The translations under genes and the position numbers were made by a program. The notes beneath the pieces are model-generated. The model was given only the letters and a program-made list of their open reading frames with translations, was not told the origin of the DNA and made no database searches. Shown here piece by piece: positions 38,396 through 51,696 of a stretch of 64,000 nt of DNA (within the stretch, counting starts at the first letter, position 1; every line of letters begins with the position of its first letter). This DNA is from Octopus vulgaris (Eukaryota): the NCBI GenBank assembly GCA_951406725.2, contig OX597824.1:35836001-35900000 (forward strand), written 5' to 3'.

Positions 38396-40107
38396 CAGAC
38401 AGCAGAGGTGGTGGTGTGTTGATAGTGAAAAGTATTTTTTTATTGAACTTATATTTTCTTTATAACAACTGTAGAACGACTGTGCGCGAAGGAGAGGTGA
38501 CATGAATGGCTCCTTTAATACATCGCACGGTCATTTACAATATACATGAAAAAGGATGAGTAAGAGTGCCAGAAGGAAAATAGAGACACAACTGATAGAA
38601 TGTTAAGAGAAGATTTTATTGATAGATTAATATGTGTGTCTGTGTGTGCGCCATATATGCATAATAATAATAATAACAATAGACAGGCCGTCATGTATAC
38701 ATAATGTGTATTTCTGTGCATGGATGGAATCATGTGAGATAAGTGCAGAGCATTGAAAGAGTCTATAATAGGATGCGAGAAGAATGTTCAGACACAATGA
38801 TAATAAATGCTAGTTCGTAGTCGAGCTACACAATAGTTGAAGTACTGTGACAAGAAGTTGAGGCAAAGAAGAAGAGCCGATTGAGGCACATGTCATGCAG
38901 GAAGCTGTGGATACTATGCAGAGCCAGGTTACTTGGTACAGGAGTTCTCGCAGGTTGTATTTGCTGTTAACCTTGGTGAAGTAATTCACAAACAGTGAGG
39001 AGTAGAACCTGGCAAGTTATTGGTTGCTGTGTACTTAAAGAGATGTTGATGACGTTAAGATGAAGGCGATGAAAATGGAGATTGCTGTATGCTGTTGGAC
39101 GAATGTTGAGTCTCCAATGTGGCTGCTGGTGTTGTCACTGGAACTGGCTGTGTCCTGTGTGGTCAGCGGCTAGACCTAAAAAGGTCTGGAACCAACTGAC
39201 CTCGACTTGGTGTTGAAGCTAGTTTTTCATAGAGAACTATCGGCTCACTGGAATGTTTGGAAACAACTGTCTCGCATGACCTTATCAAAAGGTTGCGATT
39301 GGTTGGGTTGCACATTGGCGCGTAACAGAGCAAGAGACAAATTGCGCTAATACCAACCAATCAGAGTAATGGACACAACAGGGTTCAAAAGAGCAGCCGA
39401 AGGCTAGCTGTAATCTACTACGTTCGTATTCATGTATATATAACAGAGAGAGAGAGAGAGTCCGCTACACAACTATTGCTTAAAGCTTGTGCATAAGTGC
39501 AATTATTTATTGTCTGCTCACTTAAAAAATTAATATTTGTTTGCAAGGGTTAATTTAGCCTAAACTCTGGATTCACAAGAAACAGTTGCAAGCTGTGTAA
39601 GAAAGGATGTACAAATATAGAGCAACAGTGAGAAGACATAACAAAAAGAGGTAAAAGACAACACCAATGGAGACATGAGAAAAATGAATGCTAATGAATC
39701 ATCATCATCATCATCATCAACGTTTAACGTCCGTTCTCCATGCTAGCATGTGTTGGACGGTTCGACCGGGGATCTGGGAAGCCAGAAGGCTGCACCAGGC
39801 TCCAGTCTTATCTGGCAATGTTTCTACAGCTGGATGCCCTTCCTAACGCCAACCACTCCGTGAGTGTAGTGGGTACTTTTTACGTGCCACCTGCACAGGT
39901 GCCAGGCGAGGCTGGCAACGGCCACTGTTAGATTGGTGTATTTTACGTGCCACCGGCACGGAAGCCAGTCGAGGCGGCACTGGCATCGGCCACGAGTCGG
40001 ATAGTGCTTTTTACGTACCACCAGACCAGGGGTCCTGGCTGGTTCAATTCGGTCAAGAATATTTAAAGAAAGCTAAACTATGAATATTTAAAGGAAGCTG
40101 AACTAGG

Positions 40108-40516
40108 TGCAGGATTGGTTGTGTGATATGTAGTTTGCTCACCAACCACATGGTTCCGGGTTCAGTCCCACTGCGTGATTGATACCTTGGGCAAGTGTCT
40201 TCTACTATAGCCTCGGGCCGACCAATGCCTTGTGAGTGGATTTGGTGGACGGAAACTGAAAGAAGCCCGTTGTATATACGTATATGTATATTAATGTGTG
40301 TGTGTTTGTGTGTCTGTGTTTGTTCTCCCAACATCGCTTGACAACTGATGCTGGTGTGTTTATGTCCATGTAACTTAGCGGTTCAGCAGAAAGAGACTGA
40401 TAGAATAAGTACTAGGCTTACAAAGAACAAGTCCTGGGGTCGATTTGCTCGACTAAATGCAGTGCTCCAGCATGGCCACAGTCAAATGACTGAAACAAGT
40501 AAAAGAGTAAAAGAGT
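40108..40516 (+). mobile_element. SINE A
   Basis: Forward family A copy. Confidence 0.85.
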
Positions 40517-41460
40517 ATGAATGCTATAAAAATGCAAATCATCCTTTCTTTCTTAAATTGGTCCTCTTAATTGTTTCCATTGTGTGGAAGTTCCAAGAAT
40601 CCCACTAGTTTACATTAATCATATATGTGCGTGTGTGTGGAATATTCATCCACTTCTACATTAATTCATTGAGTCATTAGAATCATAAGATCATTAGTTG
40701 AAATTACAGTCGAAAATTCATTGTTGAAATAGAACAAGATTGAGTTGTGTGTGTGTGTGTGTGGGTGTGTGCACACGCGTGCATGTGTTTGGGTGTATGT
40801 GTTTATGTGTGTAAGCTTTTGTGAGTATGAATGTGTGTTTTCCTGTGTGCGTGTTTCATGTATTTGTATGTGTAAGTATATGTCTGTGTATGTATGTGTG
40901 TTATGATCATTCTAAAAGATTTCTTTTCTCAAGAGAATAAAATGAAACAAAAGTCATTAACCCATTTTACACCAACTGAAACGACCTGGAGGTGGTTGAC
41001 ACAAAGATGCTTTGTTTAAAATATTCTTAAATTAAAACCTTCATAATTACATGAAACACTTTCTCTCAACTTAGATTCCAAGAACCATTTCAATAAAGGT
41101 AAAAGTTATTTCGATAAATTCTACCAAATTCTTGATTATTTCCAAAAGGGTTTGCTACATTTAGGCAATGGATTTCTTTAGAGTTAAAGTTTAAATAACT
41201 TTGCTGCTGCCAACAATTGTTGCCTGAAGACATATTCTGGAATAGTCCATAGAACTGACTTCAATCTCTGGAATATTCTCTAAAAAATGGTGGCTGTGTT
41301 GTAAGAAGTTTGCTTCCCAAACACATAGTTCTGGGTTCAGTCCCACTGTGTGGCACCTTGGGCAAGTGTCTTCTATCATATCTTTGGCTTGACCACAGCT
41401 TTGTGAGTGGATTTGGTAGACAGAATCAGGAACTTCGCAGTGGCAGTTAGGGTAATAGTA

Positions 41461-41687
41461 TTAACCCTTTAGTGTTCAGATTATTCTATCAAACATAATG
41501 CCTATTGATTCCCATTGATTTGAATTAATCATGCATTATCTCATATCTTCAAGATCTTGATGGTATAATTACTTAATGTAGAATAACATTGTAGGGTAGG
41601 TGTGAGAGCCTGGATCTGGTCAGTTTGAACATAAAGCAGACTAGCTATTTTGGCTGGATATGGCCAGTTTAAATACTAAAGGGTTAA
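41461..41687. mobile_element. piggyBac-type MITE
   Basis: TTAA-CCCTTTAG ... CTAAAGGG-TTAA. Sister copies at 63436-63663 and (partial) 60518-60640. Confidence 0.85.
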
Positions 41688-41989
41688 TTAACAGAAGATG
41701 GATTTGGTATTAAATCTTTATTGGATACAACTTATGTTTTGACCCATCAGGTACATCGATAAAGATATGTCTCAGTACAGATTTTTAGTGTCAGCTGACT
41801 TGTTGATTTATGTCCTAACTTGATGGACATCTAATAACAAGTCAGCTGACACAAGTTCCTGGATTTGGGTAAAAGGAAATGCAGGAGGATCATTTAATTA
41901 TGATTTTAATCAACATTACAGTCAAAAACTCATTGTTGAAATAGAACAAGATTGAGTTGTGTGTGTGTGCGCATGCACATGCATGTGTT

Positions 41990-42152
41990 TGTGGCTGTGT
42001 GGTAAGTAGCTTGCTAACCAGCTACATGGTTCCGGGTTCAGTCCCACTGCGTGGCATCTTGGGCAAGTGTCTTCTACTATAGCCCCAGGCCGACCAATGC
42101 CTTGTGAGTGGATTTGGGAGACGGAAACTGAAAGAAGCCTATCATATATATG

Positions 42153-42183
<31 letters not shown>

Positions 42184-42400
42184 GTGTGTTTGTGTGTCTG
42201 TGTTTGTTTCCCTAGCATTGCTTGACAACCGATGCTGGTGTGTTTACGTCCCCATCACTTAGCGGTTCGGCAAAAGAGACCGATAGAATAAGTACTGGGC
42301 TTACAAAGAATAAGTCCCGGAGTCGATTTGCTCGACTAAAAGCAGTACTCCAGCATGGCTGCAGTCAAATGACTGAAACAAGTAAAAGAGTAAAAGAGTA
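41990..42400 (+). mobile_element. SINE A
   Basis: Forward family A copy. Confidence 0.85.
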
Positions 42401-42544
42401 ATATTCCGCTCTCAGATTCACACACTTTTTGCAGTAGTCCTTCAGCTTTTCTAAGCCCTGCAAAAAAAACCTCAGAAGTTTGGCTTCCAACCATGCCTTT
42501 CGCAATACCCTTAAAGCCAGAAACTTTTCAGCACCCCATTGTAT
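42400..42544 (-). mobile_element. Mariner MITE fragment (TIR fused to transposase C-terminus)
   Basis: The minus strand has tacaatggggtgctgaaaagtt (similar to the TIR at 50520) then FFLQGLEKLKDYCKKCVNLRAEY. Confidence 0.6.
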
Positions 42545-42659
42545 GTATACATGTATGTATATATATGTGCGTGTGGGTGTATGTTTATAAATGTGTGTGT
42601 GTGTGTGTATATATATATATACACATATATATATATATATACACATATATATATATATG

Positions 42660-42703
<44 letters not shown>

Positions 42704-43304
42704 ATACATACATATATATATAGGGAGAGGATTCATAAAAAAACAAAAGACAAAGACAGGTGGTGTAGACAACAAACAGATGTATTAGTTTAACACTTGG
42801 GAAGTGAAAGAGTTTTTAACGTCCCGATATATATATATATATATATATATTTTATATATTCATATAGATATACACACATGCATACATACATACATACATA
42901 CATGCATACATACATACATACATACATATATACATACATACATACATACATACATACATGCATAGATACATGCATACATGCATACATACATACATACATA
43001 CATGCATGCATACATGCATGCATACATACATACATACATGCATACACACACACACATACATACATGCATACATGCATACATGCATACATACATACATACA
43101 TACATATATATATATATTATAATAATAATAATAATGATAATAATAATAAATAATTTGGCCAAATAAGTATAAGTCAATTAGTGTGTTTAAATGTTGAGTA
43201 GAGCACCAGCACAGTTTAGGCTACCTGCTGTGATCCACAGTCGTGGTACACTTCTGTTGGATCTATTTCAGGAACTTCGCAGTGGCAGTTAGCGTAACAG
43301 TACC

Positions 43305-43569
43305 AATTAACAGAAGATGGATTTGGTATTAAATCTTTATTGGATACAACTTATGTTTTGACCCATCAGGTACATCGATAAAGATATGTCTCACTACAGA
43401 TTTTTAGTGTCAGCTGACTTGTTGTTATATGTCCTAATTTAATGGACATATAACAAGTCAGCCAACACTAAATATCTTTATCAATGTACCTGATGAGACC
43501 CCGACTGATATGGGTCGAAATATATGTTGTGCCCAATAAAGGTTTAATACCGAATCCATCTCCTGTAAA

Positions 43570-43571
<2 letters not shown>
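43305..43571. mobile_element. PLE-type palindrome, family H2, with hammerhead
   Basis: Imperfect ~130-bp arms. Left arm and flank are duplicated at 41427-41851. Confidence 0.7.
43486..43532 (+). ncRNA. Type I hammerhead, family H2
   Basis: GUAC CUGAUGA GACCC-cgactgatat-GGGUC GAAA UAUAUG UU GUGC. Canonical core, 5-bp stem II, palindromic stem III. Confidence 0.7.
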
Positions 43572-43602
<31 letters not shown>

Positions 43603-43698
43603 TATATACTAATACAATTGTTTGTTTGTTTTCCACCTGCCTTCGTCTTTTGTCTATTTTCATAAAGCTTCCCGTTATATATATATATATATATATAT

Positions 43699-43956
43699 AC
43701 CGGAGTAAACACATAAATGTGAAACCAGGTGGAAAAAAGAGTACTCAAATACCAGTGGTAGAGTAATATGCTTTATTTTAAGCAGCAGAAAATTCAACAA
43801 AATCTGTTACTCTGAGTTTCTCGTTGCCGTTCATCAGACAGTTTTTGCTAGAATGGAACTGATATCAGTTCCATTCTAGCAAAAACTGTCTGATGAACGG
43901 CAACGAGAAACTCAGAGTAACAGATTTTGTTGAATTTTCTGCTGCTTAAAATAAAG
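43699..43956. mobile_element. PLE-type repeat H1 containing a perfect 186-bp palindrome
   Basis: 43771-43956 is self-complementary about GATATC at 43861-43866. Confidence 0.85.
43881..43928 (+). ncRNA. Minimal hammerhead H1 (mirror copy on - strand at 43799-43846)
   Basis: aaaaaCUGU CUGAUGA a CG-gcaa-CG a GAA ACUC-a-GAGU A ACAGatttt. Predicted cleavage after GUA at 43919. Confidence 0.72.
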
Positions 43957-44253
43957 TATATATATATATAGCAAGACCATATTATCTATTAAAAGATAGC
44001 AAGCGATATTATTCTGCTTAAGTAATCCGAAACCATGGTATAACCGTTATATAATAAGGTAAAGGCTTTTATTTTACATTTACTTCGAAATTTGCTATAA
44101 AATTGTGTTTTTTTGGCCATGTTGGCTGCTATTTCTAGCATGTAAAATTGCCTGTTAAAGGGTAATTTTCTACTTTGAAATACGAATATGTTGTCTATTG
44201 ACTTTTTATACATGCTAGGCCACTGGTGGTGATATTTATAATGAGTATTCGTC

Positions 44254-44308
<55 letters not shown>

Positions 44309-45592
44309 ATATATATATGTAGATAGATAGATAGATAGATAGATAGGTACGTACGTACATAGATAGATAGATAGATAGATAGATATGCATATATATGTAT
44401 TCATATATGTGTGTGTGTGTATGTTTGTATTCATATATGTGTATAATGTGTGTGTGTGTGTGTGTGTCTTTGTCCCCCTCCAGGCCCAGTGTTGGTGTGT
44501 TTAAAGTCCCCAAAATTTTGTAGTTCAGCAAAAGAGCCTGATAGAATAAGTACCAGGCTTTTAAAAAAAAGATAGTACTGGGATTGATTCATTCAACTAA
44601 AACCCTGCAAGGCAGTGCCCCAGGATGGCCAGAGTCAAAAGACTGAAACGCGTAAAAGATGAAAGATAACCTCTTTTTCAGAGAAAAATGTGTCAAGCTT
44701 GTAGTGTACAAGGTGAAATCTGGAATTTCAGTTCTATGTTAAACACCACTTCTGTCAACCATAACTCCAAGGAGGAACTTCCAAGCGGTTGACTTGCTAG
44801 AAATAGTAACCATTCAAACTTCCCTCAAATTTCATTGTACTTTCTTAAAGAAACAAGTGAGGACACCTTAGATACCGTGATTCTGCAGAAATTATATCTG
44901 AAAGACTAAAACGATGAGATGGCAGTGGTTGGCATATATTTAATTGTGTGTTTCTTTAATCAGGGTTGAGCTGGGGCCAAGCAACAACACCTTTTACATA
45001 GTCACTTGACCTGCGAGAAATAGCAGCCAAATCCTCTTAAAATTGTGCTCAATCCACATGAAAGCAAACAGATTGGATAATGCAGTATGTCTGAAAGTGA
45101 GATGGGAGTGTCATGTTTGGAATGTCTTACTATTGACGTTGGGCCCAAAAAAATATTCACCAGTTCTGCTACTGTTAAAAATGAACAAAGTGCTGGCATC
45201 ATAATTACAAAGACATTTTAGATTAGGAAGCTAAAAATTCCTCACGTAATGATGAAACATTTTTCATCAACTCATCTGACATTGATAGGAATGTAAATGT
45301 TTCTAAAAACATGAAGTTCAAAAGAGTTGATGCTTAATTTCTGGAATAAACTTGATGAGAAATAAATAACATCTTGTTATGTCATCACTATAGCATGTAG
45401 AATTCCCAGATAGTCTTTCTGACAATTTCTGACATTTGGCCGACCTAAGGCATCTAGCATTAAGTGTCTAACCCAAATACACAGCAAGATTCTTCAGAGT
45501 TGCTGTTTCAAAACTTTATGCTACAATACCATAGTTGATGGCATAAAAGACACATGGACACATTGGATGCAAACCAATTTCAGCAGCACCAG

Positions 45593-45617
45593 ATCATCGT
45601 CGTCGTCGTCGTCGTCG

Positions 45618-45665
<48 letters not shown>

Positions 45666-45864
45666 CCATCACCACCATCATCACCATCACCACCATCACC
45701 ACCACCACCACCACCACCACCACACCACCATCACCATCACCGCCACCGCCACCACCATCACCATCATCACCATCACCACCACCACCACCACCACCACCAC
45801 CACCACATCATCATCATCACCATCACCATCATCATCAACAACAACAACAACAACAACAACAACA
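45593..45864. repeat. Compound triplet microsatellite (CGT)-(CAT)-(CAC)-(CAT)-(CAA)
   Basis: Seen directly; it forms the tail of the adjacent RTE-related element. Confidence 0.95.
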
Positions 45865-45979
45865 TTATTTAACATTTGTTTTCCATGCTGTAATCGGCTG
45901 GATGGTTTGATGAGGTGGTAAGCTGTTGAGTCCCACCAGACTCCAGTTATTTGTACTGAATGTACTGAGTGTTTCTCAC

Positions 45980-46962
45980 ATGGCATCAGTAGAGGTGCTT
46001 TTCATGTGGAACAAGCATGGGTGTTTTCATGTGGTACCAATAGGGATGCTTTTTGCATAGAACCAACATAGCTGCTTCTACATAGTGTAAGCACATGTGC
46101 CTTTTACAAGGCACCAGCATGAATATTTTTTACATGATGCCAGCACAGATGCTCTTTACGTGGAACCAGCACAGGTGCTTTTCATGTGGCACCGGCATGG
46201 GTGCTTTTTACATGACACTAGTACAGGTGTTTTCCATGTGGAACCAGCATGGGTGCTTTTTACATGACACTAGTACAGGTATTTTCCATGTGGCATCAGC
46301 ATGGGTACTTTTTACATGACACTAGTACAGGTGTTTTCCATGTGGCACCAGCATGGGTGCTTTTTACATGACACTGGTACAGGTGCATTTCATGTGGCAC
46401 CAGCATGGGTACTTTTTACATGACACTAGTACAGGTACTTTTCATGTGGCACCAGCATGGGTGCTTTTTACATGACACTAGTACAAGTGTTTTTCCATGT
46501 GGCACCAGCATGGGTGCTTTTTACATGACACTAGTACAGGTGCTTTCCATGTGGGGCCAGCATGGGTGCTTTTTACATGACACTAGTACAGGTGTTTTTC
46601 CATGTGGCACCAGTACAGGTGCTTTTCATGTGGCACCAGCATGGGTGCTTTTTACATGACACTAGTACAGGTGTTTTCCATGTGGCACCAGCACAGGTGC
46701 TTTTCATGTGACGCCAGCATGGGTGCTTTTTACATGACACTAGTACAGGTGTTTTCCATGTGGCACCAGCACAGGTGCTTTTCATGTGACGCCAGCATGG
46801 GTGCTTTTTACATGACACTAGTACAGGTGTTTTTCCATGTGGCACCAGCATGGGTGCTTTTTTTTGTAGCACCAGCATAGGTGCTTTTTCTGTGGCCACC
46901 AGCACAGGTCTTTTTTTTTACATGGCATCAGTACAGGTGCTTTTTAGGTGACACCAGCATCT
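45980..46962. repeat. Minisatellite, 26-nt subunits in a 52-nt higher-order repeat
   Basis: actagtacaggtgttttccatgtggc and accagcatgggtgctttttacatgac alternate. Confidence 0.9.
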
Positions 46963-47999
46963 GGTAGCTTTGCAAGACAAGGACCTCTCAGCTGAGACAG
47001 GGTGAGGAACTGAGAGAAGTGGCGATGTACCAGGCAAGAGGTTGAAGAATGATTAGATCAAGGATAGCTGTCTTACTACAGAGGAGATACTTGGCTACCC
47101 CAGAAGGACAAAGAAACAGAGGGAGACAGAAGAGAGTTTAGGAACAGAGAGAAGTCAGAGTGAGATAGAGAGGGCCAAATCACAGGGAACAATGATGGGA
47201 GGGTAGTTAAAGCATGCAATAATGACCCAACTTCAAATATAGGTCCTGAGGGGATTTTAAAAAAATCTTTTTTGTAGAAAAAGGATGTCTTAAATGCCAT
47301 CAAATGTGATAGTTCTATCGTTTATCTTCTATAATTAAAAGAATACTAACATTAAACACAAATATTATGGGGTTTGTACTGTTATTTTATACTATACACA
47401 CACACATACACGTGTTGTTTGAGGATGTTTAACGAAACACCCACATTTCCAAAGGTGAATTATCCAAACCCCAAAGGATTCCTCTCAACACATGGCTATG
47501 ATGCTCCCCCAGTACTTCTGCTCATGATCAGAGATGCACATATCATCAGCCACTAAGGGACATGCTCAACTGATTAAGGTCAAACAACTGACAAGCAAAT
47601 CTGTGGTATTGAGCAGAATATTTGCTGTAGCCCATCTTTTATACCAAGACAAGACAATGTACATGATAACACTTCCAATAAGTTAAGATAAGAAGTCATG
47701 AGAGCCACTGCTTGGTACTGCATCAGGGCATTTATTATCATCATTATTATTATTATTATTATCATATAAAAATAGCAAGCTGGTAGAATCATTAGTGCAT
47801 CAAACCAAAATGCTTAGCAGCTTTTCAGCCATCTTTATGTTCTGAGTTTAAATTCAGCTGAGGTCGACTTTACCTTACTAGCTTTTGGGGTCAATAAAAT
47901 AAAGTACCAGTTGAACACCTGGTCAATGTAATCAATTTAACCCACCTTGCAAAATTTCAGACCTTGTGCCTCATCATCATCATCATCATCATCATTTAT

Positions 48000-48385
48000 T
48001 GTGTGGTAAGTAGCTTGTTTACCAACCACATGGTTCCGGGTTCAGTCCCACTGCGTGGCACCTTGGGCAAGTGTCTTCTACTATAGCCTCGGGCCGACCA
48101 ATGCCTTGTGAGTGGATTTGGTAGATGGAAACTGAAAGAAGCCCGTCGTATATATGTATATATATATGTGTGTGTGTGTGTTTGTGTGTTTCTGTTTGTC
48201 CCCCTATCATTGCTTGACAACCGATGCTGGTGTGTTTATGTCCCCGTAACTTAGCGGTTCGGCAAAAGAGACAATAGAATAAGTACTGGGCTTACAAAGA
48301 ATAAGTCCCGGGGGCCGAGTTGCTCGATTAAAGGTGGTGCTCCAGCATGGCCGCAGTCAAATGACTGAAACAAGTAAAAGAGTAA
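48000..48385 (+). mobile_element. SINE A
   Basis: Forward family A copy. Confidence 0.85.
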
Positions 48386-49244
48386 AGCTGGAAGAATTGT
48401 TAAAGCATTGGGCAAAATGCTTAGCAGAATTTCTTCCAAAAATTTGCATTTTGAGTTCAAATTCTGCCAATATCAAATTTACCTGTCATTCTTTCAAGAT
48501 CAATAAAATAAAATAGTGGCTCGAGCATTGGGATCAATATAATTGATCGGCCACCATCTCACTTAAAATAGCTGGCATTGCGCAAAAATTTGAAACCATT
48601 TGTATTATCATTTTATCTTTTATCTTTCAGTGATTAGACTGTGACCATACTGGGCATCAACTTGAAAAATTTAATAGTCAAGTGAATCAACATCAGTACT
48701 TATATATATATGTGTGTATGCATTTTGTTTTATAAAATATTTTCTTAATAACCTAAGAAAACAAACGAACCACCAAGGTGGAGGGTTGGAGTGGAATCTA
48801 TGTCGCCACTCGACTTGTAAAAAACAGCAGCTAATTACTGCAAATTACCCGCTAAATTTTATAACCTACGAGTACATTTTCCTTTTTAAGACAGCAGGCT
48901 ATGCTTTGAGGAAATTTGGCTGCTCTTTCAGGCAGTTTGAGTAACCGTACAGAGTCTCATCTGTTAGGAGATCAATTGTTCATGGAAAATGAACGAAAAT
49001 GATTTAGACATGATGTAATTGCTGTTAATAACGACAATGAAACCCTTTATTTTTACTTTTTACAAAAAATTAAAGTTCTAAAATGGAGTAATAAAAGATT
49101 TGCAGTTGCCTCCCTTGGACCACTAAAAAAAAAAAAATTTGACGTAACTAAAACAAAGTTACCTCCCTTTACCTGCAAACCTAATTGTTTCTTCTCAAAT
49201 AGTAAATAATATGTTCAATATTTGGAGACTGAAAAAATAGCCAG

Positions 49245-50160
49245 CAAGCAGAATCGTTAGCGCGCTGGGCGAAATGCTTAGCCGTATTTCGTCTGTCGTT
49301 ACGTTCTGAGTTCAAATTCCACCGAGGTCGACTTTGCCTTTCATCCTCTCGGGGTCGATAAATAAAGTACCAGTTTCGCACTGGATCGATGTAATCGACT
49401 TAATCCGTTTGTCCGTCCTTGTTTGTCCCCTCTATGTTTAGCCCCTTGTGGGTAGTAAAGAAATATATATGTTCTAAATTGACTTTACCTTTCATCCTTT
49501 TGGGGGCGATAGAATAAGTACCAGTGGATCGCTGGGAGGCGATGTTAGCGCTTTACCGCCTTCCCAAAACCTGCTGGCATTGCGCCTAAATTTGAAACTA
49601 ATATTTTGTGACTGAAGAAGCAGCGAGCGGCAAAATTGTTACTACGCCAGGCAAAATACTTAATAGCATTTCGTCTGTTCAGAGTTCAAATTCCGCCCAA
49701 GTCAACTTTACCTTTCATTTTTTTCAGGGTCGATAAAATAAGTAGAAGTTAAGCACTCGGGTAGATGTAATCGACTTATCTTCTCCTCCAAAACTACTGG
49801 ACTTGTGCCAAAATTTGTAACCAATATTCGGAGGCTGATGTATTGATGTTATCAGGAGAATATCAGATAAAATTTCTTGCGGTATTTAGTTACAGCCCTT
49901 TGTGTTCTAGGTTTAAATCTCGTCAAAGTCAAAATTGCTTCTCGTCCGTCTAGGTTCAATAAAATAAAGAATCGATCATGCACTACAATCGATAAAAATC
50001 GACTGTTCCTTCACGCCAAAATAAAACTACACTTATACCTTTGTAAGAATATATTTGAGCTTTTAACTGCTGTGTTCTAATCTCGTTGAAGGCCAACTTT
50101 TGCACTTTCACCGTTTCAAGATCGATAAAATAAGGTACAAGTGAAATACTGGGGGTTATT
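49245..50160 (+). mobile_element. Cluster of SINE B copies of different ages
   Basis: Young copy at 49245-49463 followed by several decayed gtcaactttacctttcat..gtcgataaaataag units. Confidence 0.7.
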
Positions 50161-50410
50161 GAGTTAATCCACCGGCCATTCTCGATAAATGTCTGCCGAT
50201 ATTTGTTGGTTTAGATCATGATAATGATGGTGGTGGCAGTGGTGGTGTACACACCAGTTCATGTAATGGAATTTCGAACCCTTTTAGCTATCAACAAAGG
50301 AATTTACTAAATGCACACTTCCCTTCGTTCCTCTTACATTATGCAAAATGTTTCATTAGCTATGGGATATTTAGTAAATATTGGTAGGTTACCAAATTGT
50401 AGATGTAAGT

Positions 50411-50487
<77 letters not shown>

Positions 50488-51027
50488 TTTATAAAGAGCT
50501 GTATATAAATGCATGCTTATACAAGTGTGGGCTGAAAAGTTTATAGGCTGACTAAGAAAAAGTAATGTTAGAGCTATAAAACCTTGCTTGCATTAACTTC
50601 AACTCTTCTTATTAATAATGATATTGTTTCTTTTCAGGTAAACTGACATCTAAGAACATTTCAAAAGTATTTAGTAGTGACTAGATGTTTTTGGCAGTGC
50701 AGTGTTATCAAGTATCTGCAAAAAAAATGGTTTATCTCCCAAGGACATTAATGCTGACATGCTTGCTATATTAGGTGATGACATTCCAGCTTCATCAACA
50801 GTGCAGAAATGGGAAGCTGAATTCAGGAGGGAAAGGGAGAATCTTCAAGATGACCCAAGGTCTGGATGTTCTGCAACTGCCACCACTGAGGAAAACATTG
50901 TACTCACCACATGGTGACAGATGACAGGTGATTGACTATAAATCAAATGGCCCATGCTGTTAGCATATCCTGTGAGAGAGAGTTGAGAATATTCTGCACA
51001 ATGAACTTGGTATGATGAAATGTTTCT

Positions 51028-51251
51028 TATTTCTTTACTGCCCACAAGGGGCTACACACAGAGGGGACAAACAAGGACAAACGGATTATATTGGCCCCAG
51101 TGCATAACTGGTACTTATTTAATTGACCCCGAAAGGATGAAAGGTAAAGTTGACCTCGGCAGAATTTGAACTCAGAATGTAGTGGCAGACGAAATACTGC
51201 TAAGCATTTCGCCCGGCATGCTAACGTTTCTGCCAGCTCACTGCCTTTGAA
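51028..51251 (-). mobile_element. SINE B nested in mariner
   Basis: Imperfect TSD ggtatgatgaaatgtttct (51009-51027) / ggcatgatgaaggtttct (51252-51269). Confidence 0.8.
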
Positions 51252-51696
51252 GGCATGATGAAGGTTTCTGCTTGGTAGGTGCCATGTCTTCTGATACCTG
51301 ATCAAAAGCGTACCATGCTGATCACATCACAAGAAAATCTGACATTGTTTGAAGCAGACCCAACTGGTTTCCTTGACCCAAGATGAGTATTAAATTCATC
51401 ACTTTGAGCCAGAGATGAAGAGACAATCCATGCAGCGGAAGCACCCTCCTCCTCTGTTCCAAAGAAAGTGAAGGACGTTTCAGCTGAAGGAAAGGTGATG
51501 GCCTCAGTGTTTCAGGATGCAAAAAGCATTGTATTTATTGACTATCCTCAAAGGGGCTACACCATTAGTGGAAAGTACCATGCCAATTTGCAGAGGCAGT
51601 TGCTAAAGGCTATCAAGACCAAACATCCAAGAAAACTGATGAAAGGTGTTTTGTTGTTTCATCAGGACAATGCTTCAGCACACAAGTCCTTGGTTT

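Noticed and set aside
45980-46962. CRISPR-like regular repeat array
   Set aside because: No unique spacers, no cas genes, eukaryotic context; it is a minisatellite.
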